DNA of 64,000 nucleotides, from positions 544,001 through 608,000 of the forward strand of contig CBDDDZ010000004.1 in assembly GCA_965226795.1 (NCBI GenBank), given 5' to 3'. The position numbers were made by a program, and so were the translations under genes. Shown in pieces: positions 8,830 through 17,821 of this stretch; the stretch's first letter is position 1; each line of letters begins with the position of its first letter. The DNA comes from Candidatus Latescibacterota bacterium. GTDB lineage: Bacteria > Latescibacterota > UBA2968 > GCA-2709665. The notes under the pieces were generated by a model. The model was not told where the DNA came from. It saw only the letters and a list, made by a program, of their open reading frames with translations, and ran no database searches.

Positions 8830-9612
8830 CTAGTCCCTGATTCTGGTCGTCTTATCCGTAAGCGCCTGTTCGATGTGTCTGCCGGTGAAACCCACGGCGT
8901 TTCGCAGGTCGGCGCCGCGCAGGTCCGCATTCTGAAAGTTGGCTTTATAGAGGTCGGTGTTTTGCATTCGGGCCTTGACGAGCCTCGCGCACCGGAGGTC
9001 GGCCTGTACCAGGTCGGCATTCTGCAGCCTCGCACTCTGCAGATCGGCATTCCGGAGGTCCACCCCCTGAAGGTTCGCACCCTCAAGGTACGCGCCTCTC
9101 AGATTGGCGCCGCGCAGGTCGGCGTTGAGAAGATTGGCGTCCTGAAGGCGCGCCTTCCGCAGATCGGCTCCGTTAAGCGTGGTATCACGAAGGTTGGCGC
9201 CCCGCAGTGTGGCCTCCCGCAGCCGGGCGCCGGAAAGATCGGCATTCATGAGATCGGCGAGTTCCAGGTCTGCGGGCGCAAAATCGACGTTTTTGAGATT
9301 TGCGCCGCGTAATAGGGCTCGCTGAAGGCGGGCGCCGGAAAGATCGGCGTCCTGAAGGTTCGCATCGCGGAAGTTGGCTTCGTAGAGCCTGGCTCGCTGG
9401 AGATTGGCGCCGTGAAGGTCCGCATTCTGGAACCGCACGCCGCTGAGGGTGGCTTCGCTCAGGTCGGCGAATTCAAGTCTGGCATCCTGGAGTTCAGCCC
9501 TGTTCAGGTTCACGCCGCACAGGTTGGCCCGTTCTCCTTCGGTTCCTCCGGAATCGATCCACGATCGGTGCCGGTCGATGACAAACCGCAGTTCGGAAGG
9601 TGACATGGACAT
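8830..9612 (-). CDS. Pentapeptide repeat protein
   Basis: Long run of A(D/N)LxxA repeats after the typical HRSWIDSGGTEGERANL N-terminus. Confidence 0.95.
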   Translation of the reverse strand: MSMSPSELRFVIDRHRSWIDSGGTEGERANLCGVNLNRAELQDARLEFADLSEATLSGVRFQNADLHGANLQRARLYEANFRDANLQDADLSGARLQRALLRGANLKNVDFAPADLELADLMNADLSGARLREATLRGANLRDTTLNGADLRKARLQDANLLNADLRGANLRGAYLEGANLQGVDLRNADLQSARLQNADLVQADLRCARLVKARMQNTDLYKANFQNADLRGADLRNAVGFTGRHIEQALTDKTTRIRD

Positions 9613-9885
9613 GCCGATTTCCCGTCTGGTCTGCAAACAAGCTGTCAGCGGTCACCCCGCCAATCCAACCCTGCACAGGGAAAGACGTGAGAGGGAAGAC
9701 GGTAGAGGTGAGACGTAATAGATATCTATTAGCTATGACGCGCCTGCATTCTGAAACTCGCCGAGACGAAGCGATGAGATATTCGCTTGGTGCTAAACAA
9801 GCGCGGGTGCGAGATTCGCGGGGAGAGGCGTGGCCGTCTCCCGTCTTACGTCTACCCTCTCACCGTTTCCAGGGTTTCACCCCTG

Positions 9886-10446
9886 TCACGTGGTGTGTAT
9901 TTCAGATTCCGTGATGACCAGGTCCATCGAGATATCGCGAGGGCCTGTCGGCAGACGATCGAAGAGCTGGAAGTCGTATGCCAGGCCCACTTTGGAAGCA
10001 GTGGTCATTGAAAGAAAACGGTCGTAGTAACCGGCGCCGAAGCCGATGCGGTTTCCGGCGCGGTCAAAGGCGAGACCGGGAACAAGAACGATGTCGAAGG
10101 TGTCCGGCGGAACCACGGCACCCGCCTCGTCGGACGGCTCCAACAGGCCGAAGCCCGACGGCTTTAATTCAACAAGGCTGCGAATTTCCCGGTGGACCAG
10201 CATGTGGTTCGGCTCTGCAACAGGCACCGCGACCCGCTTGCCACTTTTCAGGGAAAATTCGATGAGGGTATGCGTGTCGACTTCGTTCCTGACCGAGACG
10301 TAGATCGCCAGGGATCCGGCGCGGCGATAATCCTCCTGGCCGGTCAGGCGCGCGATGATGTATTCGCTTCTGGAGCGGACTTCCCCCGGCGACAGTTCGG
10401 ACCGTCGTTTCTTCATGGTATTTCGAATTTGCTTTTTGGAAGGCAT
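9886..10446 (-). CDS. ygfA: 5-formyltetrahydrofolate cyclo-ligase
   Basis: KKQIR, YVSVRNEVDT, LVPGLAFDRAGNRIGFGAGYYDRFL, DLVITE. Confidence 0.95.
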   Translation of the reverse strand: MPSKKQIRNTMKKRRSELSPGEVRSRSEYIIARLTGQEDYRRAGSLAIYVSVRNEVDTHTLIEFSLKSGKRVAVPVAEPNHMLVHREIRSLVELKPSGFGLLEPSDEAGAVVPPDTFDIVLVPGLAFDRAGNRIGFGAGYYDRFLSMTTASKVGLAYDFQLFDRLPTGPRDISMDLVITESEIHTT

Positions 10447-10492
10447 CCGGATCGTTCCGACTCAAGGCCTGTCCGCGACGTCGGGATTCATA

Positions 10493-10521
10493 ACTATACC
10501 CCGAGCGTTGCGGGTTGTCAA
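10493..10521 (-). promoter_or_regulatory. Near-consensus sigma70 promoter for ygfA
   Basis: Minus strand TTGACA-17 bp-TATAGT. Confidence 0.7.
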
Positions 10522-10587
10522 GGCAGGAGCGCGTTAGCGGACCGGTTTTACCCATCGGGACTGGCGTGGTCAGACGGAAAAGTTCGC

Positions 10588-10616
10588 TTGACTTTAACTG
10601 TGTGGACTTTTAAATT
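10588..10616 (+). promoter_or_regulatory. Sigma70 promoter for uppS-cdsA-dxr-rseP (divergent from ygfA)
   Basis: TTGACT-17 bp-TAAATT. Confidence 0.6.
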
Positions 10617-10665
10617 TACAAATGCCGATTTTTGTGGTAATAACGGCAAATCCTGAGAGGGAATC

Positions 10666-11481
10666 TTGGATCACCACGATGTGGAAATTCAGAATGAACT
10701 GAAGGCAGACGGCAACCTCCCCGGGCATGTCGCCATCATTATGGACGGGAATGGTCGCTGGGCGCAAAAGCATGGGCTGGGCAGAACCCAGGGACATCGT
10801 TCCGGGCGAAATGTCGTGCGCGACGTTGTGCGGGCTTGTGGCGAACTGGGAATCAAAATCCTCACTTTGTTTACGTTTGGGACGGATAATTGGAGGCGAC
10901 CCTGGAGAGAAGTCCTTGCTTTGATGCAATTGCTGCGCGACGCTTCGGTTGAAGAACTGGAGGAACTCCACGAAAACAAGGTGCGCCTTATTGCTACCGG
11001 GGATACGGACCGTCTGGCCAGGCAGACGCGGCGGGCGTTGAGTTCTACCATGCGCAGGACGGCTGAAAATACCGGGCTGACGCTGAATCTGGCGTTGAGT
11101 TACGATGGCCGTAACGACATTCTTCACGCCGTCCGACGGATTGCCTCCGAGGTGCAGCAGGGTAAAATAAGCAGCGACGGAATCGACGAAAAGCTGTTTT
11201 CGAGGATGCTTTATACCGTCGACCTGCCGGATCCCGATCTGCTGATCCGCACCAGCGGAGAGTTTCGTTTGAGTAATTTTATGCTGTGGCAATGTGCTTA
11301 CACGGAGTTCTGGTTCACGCCGGTCTTGTGGCCCGATTTCAGGCGCGAACATCTGTACGAAGCTATTCGGGCGTATCAGTCCAGAGAGCGCCGTTTCGGG
11401 AAGACTAGCGCGCAGATCCGTTCCACGACGGTTGGCACCGGGAACGGGGTTGCGAAGCGGTTGGGCGCGGCGACGGGATAG
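10666..11481 (+). CDS. uppS: Undecaprenyl diphosphate synthase (isoprenyl transferase)
   Basis: HVAIIMDGNGRWA, DPDLLIRTSGEFRLSNFMLWQ, RERRFG. Confidence 0.97.
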   Translation: MDHHDVEIQNELKADGNLPGHVAIIMDGNGRWAQKHGLGRTQGHRSGRNVVRDVVRACGELGIKILTLFTFGTDNWRRPWREVLALMQLLRDASVEELEELHENKVRLIATGDTDRLARQTRRALSSTMRRTAENTGLTLNLALSYDGRNDILHAVRRIASEVQQGKISSDGIDEKLFSRMLYTVDLPDPDLLIRTSGEFRLSNFMLWQCAYTEFWFTPVLWPDFRREHLYEAIRAYQSRERRFGKTSAQIRSTTVGTGNGVAKRLGAATG

Positions 11482-11536
11482 AAACTCCCGCATGGGGTTT
11501 CGATCCAATTCTCGCTTCCGTCAAGCAGGGGTGGTT

Positions 11537-12361
11537 TTGGCGGTACATTCGAACTTGTTTCACCGGATCTCAGCGGCGGCGTTCTTCGGGCCGCTTTTTC
11601 TGGTTCTGTTTTGGGTTGGTGGAATACCACTCCTGATTGGCGTATGTCTGGTGGCCGCGGGCGGGACGTGGGAGTACTGCCGGATGCAGAAAAAAAGGGG
11701 GCTGCATCCCTGGACGGTAGCCGGGGTTGCGGCCTCTTTGGTTTGGTGTCTGTGGTTGAACTGGTTCGGAGAGCGACTCTGGCTGATTCCGGCCACGGTG
11801 ATTCTGCTTGTTCTGCTAACCCTGGCGCTGGGACAAAGGGAGGGTCGATTCAGGCTGGCTGACGCCGAGGCAACCTTTGTCGGTACGTGCTATGTCGGGT
11901 TGCTGTCGGCCTTTGCGCTGCTGGTACGGAACCATTCCGGATTTGAGACGACTGAAGACGGCGCCGCGTGGTTTGCCGTTGTGGTACTCCTGGGAATCTG
12001 GGGCACGGATATTCTCGCCTATTTTTCGGGGCGTCTTTGGGGGAAGCGACATCCTTTCCCGAAGATCAGTCCGGGTAAGACGGGGGCGGGTTTCGCGGGC
12101 GGAATCGTCGGAGCGATTGCGGTTATGTTCGCCGGCGGCCATATCTTGAATTTGTACACGCTTCCAGCGGGTATCGCGCTGGGGATGGTGGTGGGCGTTA
12201 GCGCTCTATGGGGAGATCTGGTCGAATCGATGATCAAACGGAACGCGGGGGTCAAAGATGCCTCCGCCCTGATTCCCGGACACGGCGGCGTGCTAGACCG
12301 ATTCGACAGTTTTCTGTTTGTGTACCCTGCAATGTATCTTTACCTCCGCGTGATTCATTAG
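11537..12361 (+). CDS. cdsA: Phosphatidate cytidylyltransferase
   Basis: Multi-TM; KISPGKT, GDLVESMIKRNAGVKDASALIPGHGGVLDRFDS; start estimated. Confidence 0.95.
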   Translation: MAVHSNLFHRISAAAFFGPLFLVLFWVGGIPLLIGVCLVAAGGTWEYCRMQKKRGLHPWTVAGVAASLVWCLWLNWFGERLWLIPATVILLVLLTLALGQREGRFRLADAEATFVGTCYVGLLSAFALLVRNHSGFETTEDGAAWFAVVVLLGIWGTDILAYFSGRLWGKRHPFPKISPGKTGAGFAGGIVGAIAVMFAGGHILNLYTLPAGIALGMVVGVSALWGDLVESMIKRNAGVKDASALIPGHGGVLDRFDSFLFVYPAMYLYLRVIH

Positions 12362-12423
12362 ACCTTCGTACATTCGGGGAACCTTCAGTTTCATTCACCC
12401 GTTGACATGAACGGGATTTGTGT

Positions 12424-13581
12424 ATGAAGCGAGTTGCGCTGCTTGGATCAACTGGATCTATCGGTACCAGTACGCTTGACGTACTGGCCGGCCTGCCCGA
12501 ACGGTTCGAAGTGGAATGCCTCAGCGCGGGGGGCAATATCGATCTGCTCTGCGAGCAGGTCGCGCGTTTTCGGCCGAAACGGGTCTGCGTGAGAGAAGAA
12601 AACGCGAAAAACGCCCGCGGGAGACGTGAGTTGCAGGGTATTGAGGTGTTACACGGTTCTGACGGACTCCTCGCGTTGGCGACGGATACGGAAGTGGATC
12701 TGGTAATCAACGGGCTGGTGGCGGGGGTAGGACTGCGGCCAACCCTGGCGGCGGTCGAGGCAGGCAAGGACGTCGCCATTGCAAATAAGGAAACGCTGGT
12801 CGTAGCGGGGCATCTCGTAACAGAGCTCGCTGAGCGGTACGGCGTGCAGTTAATTCCGCTGGACAGCGAACTGACCCCTTTGTGGCAGAGCCTGCAGGAG
12901 GTTCCGCCGAAGCAGGTGAAGCGCATCGTACTTTCCGCCTCCGGAGGTCCGTTTTTCGAGATGCCATTGGACGAGATGGCTCGCGCAACACCCGACGAGG
13001 CCCTCCGTCATCCGACGTGGCGGATGGGACCGAAGATTACGATCGATTCGGCTACGTTGATGAACAAGGGTTTCGAGGTGATTGAGTCCCGCTGGTTTCT
13101 TGGGCTCGACATCGACCAGATCGATGTTGTGATTCACCGGCAGTCGATCGTGCATTGTCTGGTGGAGTTCCTGGATGGAAGCCTGACCGCGCATATGAGC
13201 CGGCCCGATATGCGCCTGCCCATTCAGCAGGCGTTGACCCATCCGGATCGGCTGCCGACAGCCGTCCCGTCGCTGGACCTGGTAGCCACGGGTTCGTTGA
13301 GCTTTCATGCACCCGACCTAGAGCGATTTCCCTGCCTTGCGCTTGCATATGAAGCGGGGCGTGCGGAAGGTACGGCGGCGGCAGTTCTGAACGCGGCCAA
13401 CGAGATTGGTGTCTATTCCTTTCTGGCTGGGCGCATCGGGTTTCTGGATGTACCCGACGTCGTACGCCGGACGCTCGACGCGCATGTCAACGCAACAGGC
13501 TCGAGTCTCGATGCGGTGTTTGAAGCGGACCGCTGGGGGCGGGAGAAGGCAAGGGAGGTTGTCGCACGTCTGGAAAGCTAG
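12424..13581 (+). CDS. dxr: 1-deoxy-D-xylulose 5-phosphate reductoisomerase
   Basis: LGSTGSIG, ANKETLV, ASGGPF, HPTWRMGPKITIDSATLMNKGFE, NAANE. Confidence 0.97.
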   Translation: MKRVALLGSTGSIGTSTLDVLAGLPERFEVECLSAGGNIDLLCEQVARFRPKRVCVREENAKNARGRRELQGIEVLHGSDGLLALATDTEVDLVINGLVAGVGLRPTLAAVEAGKDVAIANKETLVVAGHLVTELAERYGVQLIPLDSELTPLWQSLQEVPPKQVKRIVLSASGGPFFEMPLDEMARATPDEALRHPTWRMGPKITIDSATLMNKGFEVIESRWFLGLDIDQIDVVIHRQSIVHCLVEFLDGSLTAHMSRPDMRLPIQQALTHPDRLPTAVPSLDLVATGSLSFHAPDLERFPCLALAYEAGRAEGTAAAVLNAANEIGVYSFLAGRIGFLDVPDVVRRTLDAHVNATGSSLDAVFEADRWGREKAREVVARLES

Positions 13582-13707
13582 TTCGAAACAACCCCGAAAC
13601 CCCCGCTGGCGGACCAGAGATCCGGGCGGATTTACACCGCGCCGTTTTTCGTTCGCGGTAATCCCAGGACGCCTCCGACCTGAGCCGCGGGGGATACCCT
13701 ACAGGAG

Positions 13708-15024
13708 TTGAGCGCTTTGGAATTTCTGGAAACTATTTTTTATTTCATTCTCGTATTGGGTGTACTGGTTTTCGTACACGAATTCGGTCATTTCGTAGTG
13801 GCCAAGAAGTCGGGTATTCGCGTGGAGCAGTTCTCCTTGGGATTTCCACCCAAGGCGATCGGGATAACGGTCGGCGAGACCGAGTATTGCATTTCCTGGC
13901 TGCCACTCGGAGGATACGTGAAGGTGGCCGGGATGTCGGATTTTGGCAGTGCGGATGTCAAGCGAGAACCGTGGGAATTTCAGTCGAAGCCCAGGGGAAT
14001 TCAGATGGCGGTGATGGTCGCAGGGCCCATTATGAATTTCCTGCTTGGTTTCATGCTCATTCTGGGGCTGCGTCTCGCGCTGGGGGACTATGTTCTGCAG
14101 ACGACGAAGGTGGGCCGTATCGAGGCAACGTCTCCGTTTCACGGGGCGGGTTTGCGCGCGGATGACCGCATTCTCGCGGTTAACGGGACACAGGTGGAAA
14201 ACTGGGACGAACTGATCGAAGCATTCAACGCGGCGGGCACCGGGGAGGTTGCCCTGAAGCTGGCTCGCGGTGAGGATGCAGTGTTTCTTGCAGCGACACC
14301 CGATCGCGGACAGAAGTTGGGCTTCTATCCTTTCCTGCTGCCAACTGCCGGATCGGTGATGCCTGGCTACCCGGCGGCAAAAGGGGGGATGGAGCCCGGA
14401 GACCGTGTGCTATCGATCGCCGGTGAATCCGTGAGCGGATGGGAGGAGATGCGAAAGAAGATTTCCGCAAGGCCGGGGCAGGAGACCGAGATCCGGTGGT
14501 TGCGCGGCGAAGAGGAAATGTCGGCGCGTATCGTGCCTCAGCCCCAGCGAGGCGAGGGGCGAACCATCGGTGTGATTGGCATCGGCCCGTCATACGAGCC
14601 CAAGGAGCGGGTACCGGTGAACCTTACCACCGCCTTCGAGCGCAGTGGGCGGGACCTTGTGGGTTATACCACGCTCATTTTCGTGCTCATCAAACGCCTG
14701 ATCCTTGGCGAGATATCGGGAGGCATGATTGCGGGCCCTATAGGAATCGCTCAGATGGCGGGGAGCAAGGCGCGGGAAGGTTTGGAAGCGTTACTCGATT
14801 TTATGGCGATGCTGAGTATTAACCTCGCAGTCCTGAATCTGTTACCTATTCCAGCGCTGGACGGGGGCCACCTGATGATCTTGAGCGTAGAAGCCATTAC
14901 ACGACGGTCGCTTTCCACCCGGCAGAAAGAGCGGCTCCAGCAATTCGGGTTTGTATTCCTGCTTGGTCTTATGGTGTATGTGACCTTTGGTGACATTGGC
15001 CGGATCTGGGGGTTGTTCTACTGA
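13708..15024 (+). CDS. rseP: Site-2 intramembrane metalloprotease RseP with two PDZ domains
   Basis: HEFGH, PLGGYVK, AGPIMN, NLLPIPALDGGH. Confidence 0.96.
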   Translation: MSALEFLETIFYFILVLGVLVFVHEFGHFVVAKKSGIRVEQFSLGFPPKAIGITVGETEYCISWLPLGGYVKVAGMSDFGSADVKREPWEFQSKPRGIQMAVMVAGPIMNFLLGFMLILGLRLALGDYVLQTTKVGRIEATSPFHGAGLRADDRILAVNGTQVENWDELIEAFNAAGTGEVALKLARGEDAVFLAATPDRGQKLGFYPFLLPTAGSVMPGYPAAKGGMEPGDRVLSIAGESVSGWEEMRKKISARPGQETEIRWLRGEEEMSARIVPQPQRGEGRTIGVIGIGPSYEPKERVPVNLTTAFERSGRDLVGYTTLIFVLIKRLILGEISGGMIAGPIGIAQMAGSKAREGLEALLDFMAMLSINLAVLNLLPIPALDGGHLMILSVEAITRRSLSTRQKERLQQFGFVFLLGLMVYVTFGDIGRIWGLFY

Positions 15025-15060
15025 TACCGAGGAAGCTGATTCGGCATTAACGAAGCAATG

Positions 15061-15084
15061 AGGGCGGGTTTTCGAACCCGCCCT
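15061..15084. terminator. GC-rich hairpin between convergent genes (REP-like, possible terminator)
   Basis: AGGGCGGGTT-TTCG-AACCCGCCCT, perfect 10-bp stem; resembles the REP at 51245. Confidence 0.6.
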
Positions 15085-15446
15085 CATTGCTTTTTGTTGA
15101 TGTACTGCTTGCCTACGATGTTCCGCTTCATGGTCTTCTTCCAGCTTGCGAAAACGCTATCGGCTTCGAGTGTTTCCATAATTCTTCCTGTGAGGACCTC
15201 CAGTCCTTCGGGGTCCGTCTTCCAGGTTGAAATCAGCCGTTCGAGGTCTTTCTCAGTGAACTGAAATCTTTTCAGCATGGCTTCTCGCTTGATGGCCAGA
15301 CTATCGGGATGCTCCGCGTACTGATGATGCAGGCGGATAACTTCGAGAACAACGTGGGCCAGTTGTCGTTCGGTGGGTGCGGGTCCATTCCGGGCCGTGC
15401 AGGCCAGCAGGCCGCAGAACAGGAGAGTGAAGAGTTTCGGTTTCAT
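15084..15446 (-). CDS. Hypothetical lipoprotein
   Basis: MKPKLFTLLFCGLLA-C lipobox followed by a helical domain. Confidence 0.65.
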   Translation of the reverse strand: MKPKLFTLLFCGLLACTARNGPAPTERQLAHVVLEVIRLHHQYAEHPDSLAIKREAMLKRFQFTEKDLERLISTWKTDPEGLEVLTGRIMETLEADSVFASWKKTMKRNIVGKQYINKKQ

Positions 15447-15733
15447 CGTCGGAAAGATATCCGGACACGACGAAAGGGTCAAGGCAAAACAGCCCGCGCC
15501 AGAATTGATTGAGGGCAAGCGGGATAACGGGAACCCACTCCGACCCGTTCGCCGTGCCGTAAGGAATGGACGGAGACAAAGGGCGCCCTTGCACAATATC
15601 TGGTGTTTTTTTTTCATATTCCTCTCGATAGCCACCATATTTTCCCTTGAGGACTCGTTGCGCCATGTATGTGCACACATGGTCACGTGGTTGTTTTTTT
15701 TAAAGATAAGGCAAAAAATCGATTAGAAATCCC

Positions 15734-15790
15734 TTGACTTTTGTATAAGCAAGCCCTAATTTTAGTGGTGGAAAGTGGTGGAAAGTGGTG
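15734..15790 (+). promoter_or_regulatory. dcw promoter with MraZ-binding direct repeats
   Basis: TTGACT-17 bp-TAATTT followed by AGTGGTG x3 at 10-bp spacing (15764, 15774, 15784), the known MraZ operator layout. Confidence 0.85.
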
Positions 15791-15839
15791 TATCAGGGAG
15801 GATCTGAATAGATCTGTGAAGAACTCGCTCAGCACGACG

Positions 15840-15866
15840 AGCCCCGACCATTTAGTCGGGGCTTTT
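15840..15866 (+). terminator. Terminator-like hairpin in the mraZ leader
   Basis: AGCCCCGAC-CATTTA-GTCGGGGCT followed by TTT. Confidence 0.45.
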
Positions 15867-15962
15867 CTCCCGACTCTTGGCTTGGCGATGGTGATCTTCA
15901 AATACACCTACCCGACGTAGGTTCCGGCGCCACAGGTCCCCTGTTTCCCCCGAGTCGCTCAC

Positions 15963-16418
15963 ATGCCAGACGAAACGCCACTGTTCATCGGAGAATATGA
16001 GGATATCCCCGTCGATAACAAGGGACGGCTGATTGTCCCCGCCGCCATTCGCCGGGTATTGCCTACACATGTCACTTCGCTTGTAATCGCCAGGTGGTTC
16101 GATGGCTGCCTGGCCGGGTTTGATCCGATAGGTTGGCAGCAGGTCTTACAGCAGATAAAAGACGGGAACCATAAAGGAAAGGTGAAGCGGCAAATCGCCC
16201 GCTGGGTTATGGGGGGTGCGGCGGAGACGAGAATCGACCGGCAGGGGCGTCTGTTGGTTCCACGAAAGCTGCTTGATTTATCGGAAATTACGGATCGCGC
16301 GACACTCAGCGGTGTGGGCAACAGGATAGAAATCTGGAATCCGGCGCGATACAGCGCCGATATGAGCGATGTCGGCCAGAATCTCGAAGAATTCGCGGAA
16401 GATCTGGATATTCTCTGA
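15963..16418 (+). CDS. mraZ: Division/cell wall cluster transcriptional repressor MraZ
   Basis: DNKGRL and DRQGRL motifs, IEIWN; first gene of the dcw cluster. Confidence 0.96.
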   Translation: MPDETPLFIGEYEDIPVDNKGRLIVPAAIRRVLPTHVTSLVIARWFDGCLAGFDPIGWQQVLQQIKDGNHKGKVKRQIARWVMGGAAETRIDRQGRLLVPRKLLDLSEITDRATLSGVGNRIEIWNPARYSADMSDVGQNLEEFAEDLDIL

Positions 16419-16518
16419 GAGCCGGGGTCGGTCTCAATTCTTTATCTGTTCTCGATTGTGTGGTGGTGCGGGGGTCTGTGCGAAATGAATAACGGAAAAT
16501 TTTCTCGAGAATGCGAAA

Positions 16519-17454
16519 ATGCGCGGGGCCGTGGAATTTCACACGCCGGTTATGGGGCGGGAAACGGCCTGCCGGGTGGTAAACGACCCGAACGGCGTGT
16601 ACATCGATGGCACGGTGGGCGGTGGCGGCCATGCTGAATATATGCTGGAGCGGATGGGCCGGCACGGACGACTGATCGGGATGGATCGAGACCCGGAGGC
16701 GGTTGAGGCCGCCTCCGGTCGGCTTCGCAGATTCTCCCACCGTGTGGAAATAGTCGGGACGACTTTCCGGGAACTGTCGCGGGTCTTGGACAATCTGGGG
16801 GTAGAACGGATATCAGGGGCGCTCTTCGATCTCGGCGTTTCTTCGCATCAAATCGACGAGCCTTCCCGTGGTTTCAGCTATCTCCGAAGCGGACCCCTGG
16901 ATATGCGCATGGGGCCCGATGCACTTCAGTCCGCGCGCGAGGTCGTGAACTTTTACTCCGTGGATGAGCTAACGCGAGTTTTCAAAGAATTCGGAGAAGA
17001 GCGTGCGGCCGGCAGGATTGCCCGGTCTATTTGTCGTCGGCGAGTCCGGAAACCTCTGGAAGACACATCGGAATTGGCCGCGCTGATTGCGGAGACCACC
17101 CCGGGACCTCGTTCAAAAAAGGCCATGGCAAGGATCTTTCAGTCGATCCGGATCGAGGTCAACAGTGAGTTGGAGCAACTCCAGGAGACCCTTGAGTGTA
17201 CGATAGGGAGGTTGACACGGGGCGGGCGAATTGGAATTCTGTCATATCACTCGCTCGAAGATCGCACGGTGAAGAAGGTATTTCGGTCGGCTTCCCTGGG
17301 TTGCGTCTGTCCGCCGAATCTCCCCGTTTGCGGATGTGGACGAGTCCCGCAGGTGCGTGTCCTGACCCCTGGTGGTATTCGCCCGGATCCGGAAGAGCGA
17401 CAGCGAAACCCGCGGTCCAGGAGCGCGACGTTGCGGGTCGCGGAGAGATTGTGA
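16519..17454 (+). CDS. rsmH: 16S rRNA m4C1402 methyltransferase
   Basis: HTPVM, DGTVGGGGHA, DLGVSSHQ, PLDMRM, SYHSLEDR, NPRSRSATLR. Confidence 0.97.
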   Translation: MRGAVEFHTPVMGRETACRVVNDPNGVYIDGTVGGGGHAEYMLERMGRHGRLIGMDRDPEAVEAASGRLRRFSHRVEIVGTTFRELSRVLDNLGVERISGALFDLGVSSHQIDEPSRGFSYLRSGPLDMRMGPDALQSAREVVNFYSVDELTRVFKEFGEERAAGRIARSICRRRVRKPLEDTSELAALIAETTPGPRSKKAMARIFQSIRIEVNSELEQLQETLECTIGRLTRGGRIGILSYHSLEDRTVKKVFRSASLGCVCPPNLPVCGCGRVPQVRVLTPGGIRPDPEERQRNPRSRSATLRVAERL

Positions 17455-17479
17455 AGTCGAGTGTCTGGAGTGAAAGAGA

Positions 17480-17818
17480 ATGCGTATGAATGCCAATTCC
17501 CAGGTAAACACGTCGGGTGGGTATCGATACGTACTTTTGACCGTAGCGCTGGTAGTTCTGGGTCTCTTGGGTTATCTGTGGGCGCAGGCGCAAACCGTGC
17601 GGCAGGGTGACGAGATCGTACGGCTTCGAACCGACCACCAGCAACTGTTCCGCCAGCAGGAGCGTCTCCGGGCCGAGATCTCGGGACTCCGAAGAAGCAG
17701 TCGAATCCGTGAGATCGCTTCAAATAGACTGGAGATGGTGTTTCCAAAGGGTCCGCCTCGAAATCTATATCTGGATGGGCAACCCGGCCGCCACGCACTT
17801 TCCGGACACAAAAACTGA
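17480..17818 (+). CDS. ftsL: Cell division protein FtsL
   Basis: Single TM plus coiled coil, RIREIASNRLEM; lies between rsmH and ftsI. Confidence 0.85.
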   Translation: MRMNANSQVNTSGGYRYVLLTVALVVLGLLGYLWAQAQTVRQGDEIVRLRTDHQQLFRQQERLRAEISGLRRSSRIREIASNRLEMVFPKGPPRNLYLDGQPGRHALSGHKN

Positions 17819-17821
17819 GCC

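Noticed and set aside
10447..10600. 6S RNA upstream of ygfA
   Set aside because: A near-consensus promoter lies only ~45 bp from the start codon, leaving no room for a ~180-nt RNA.
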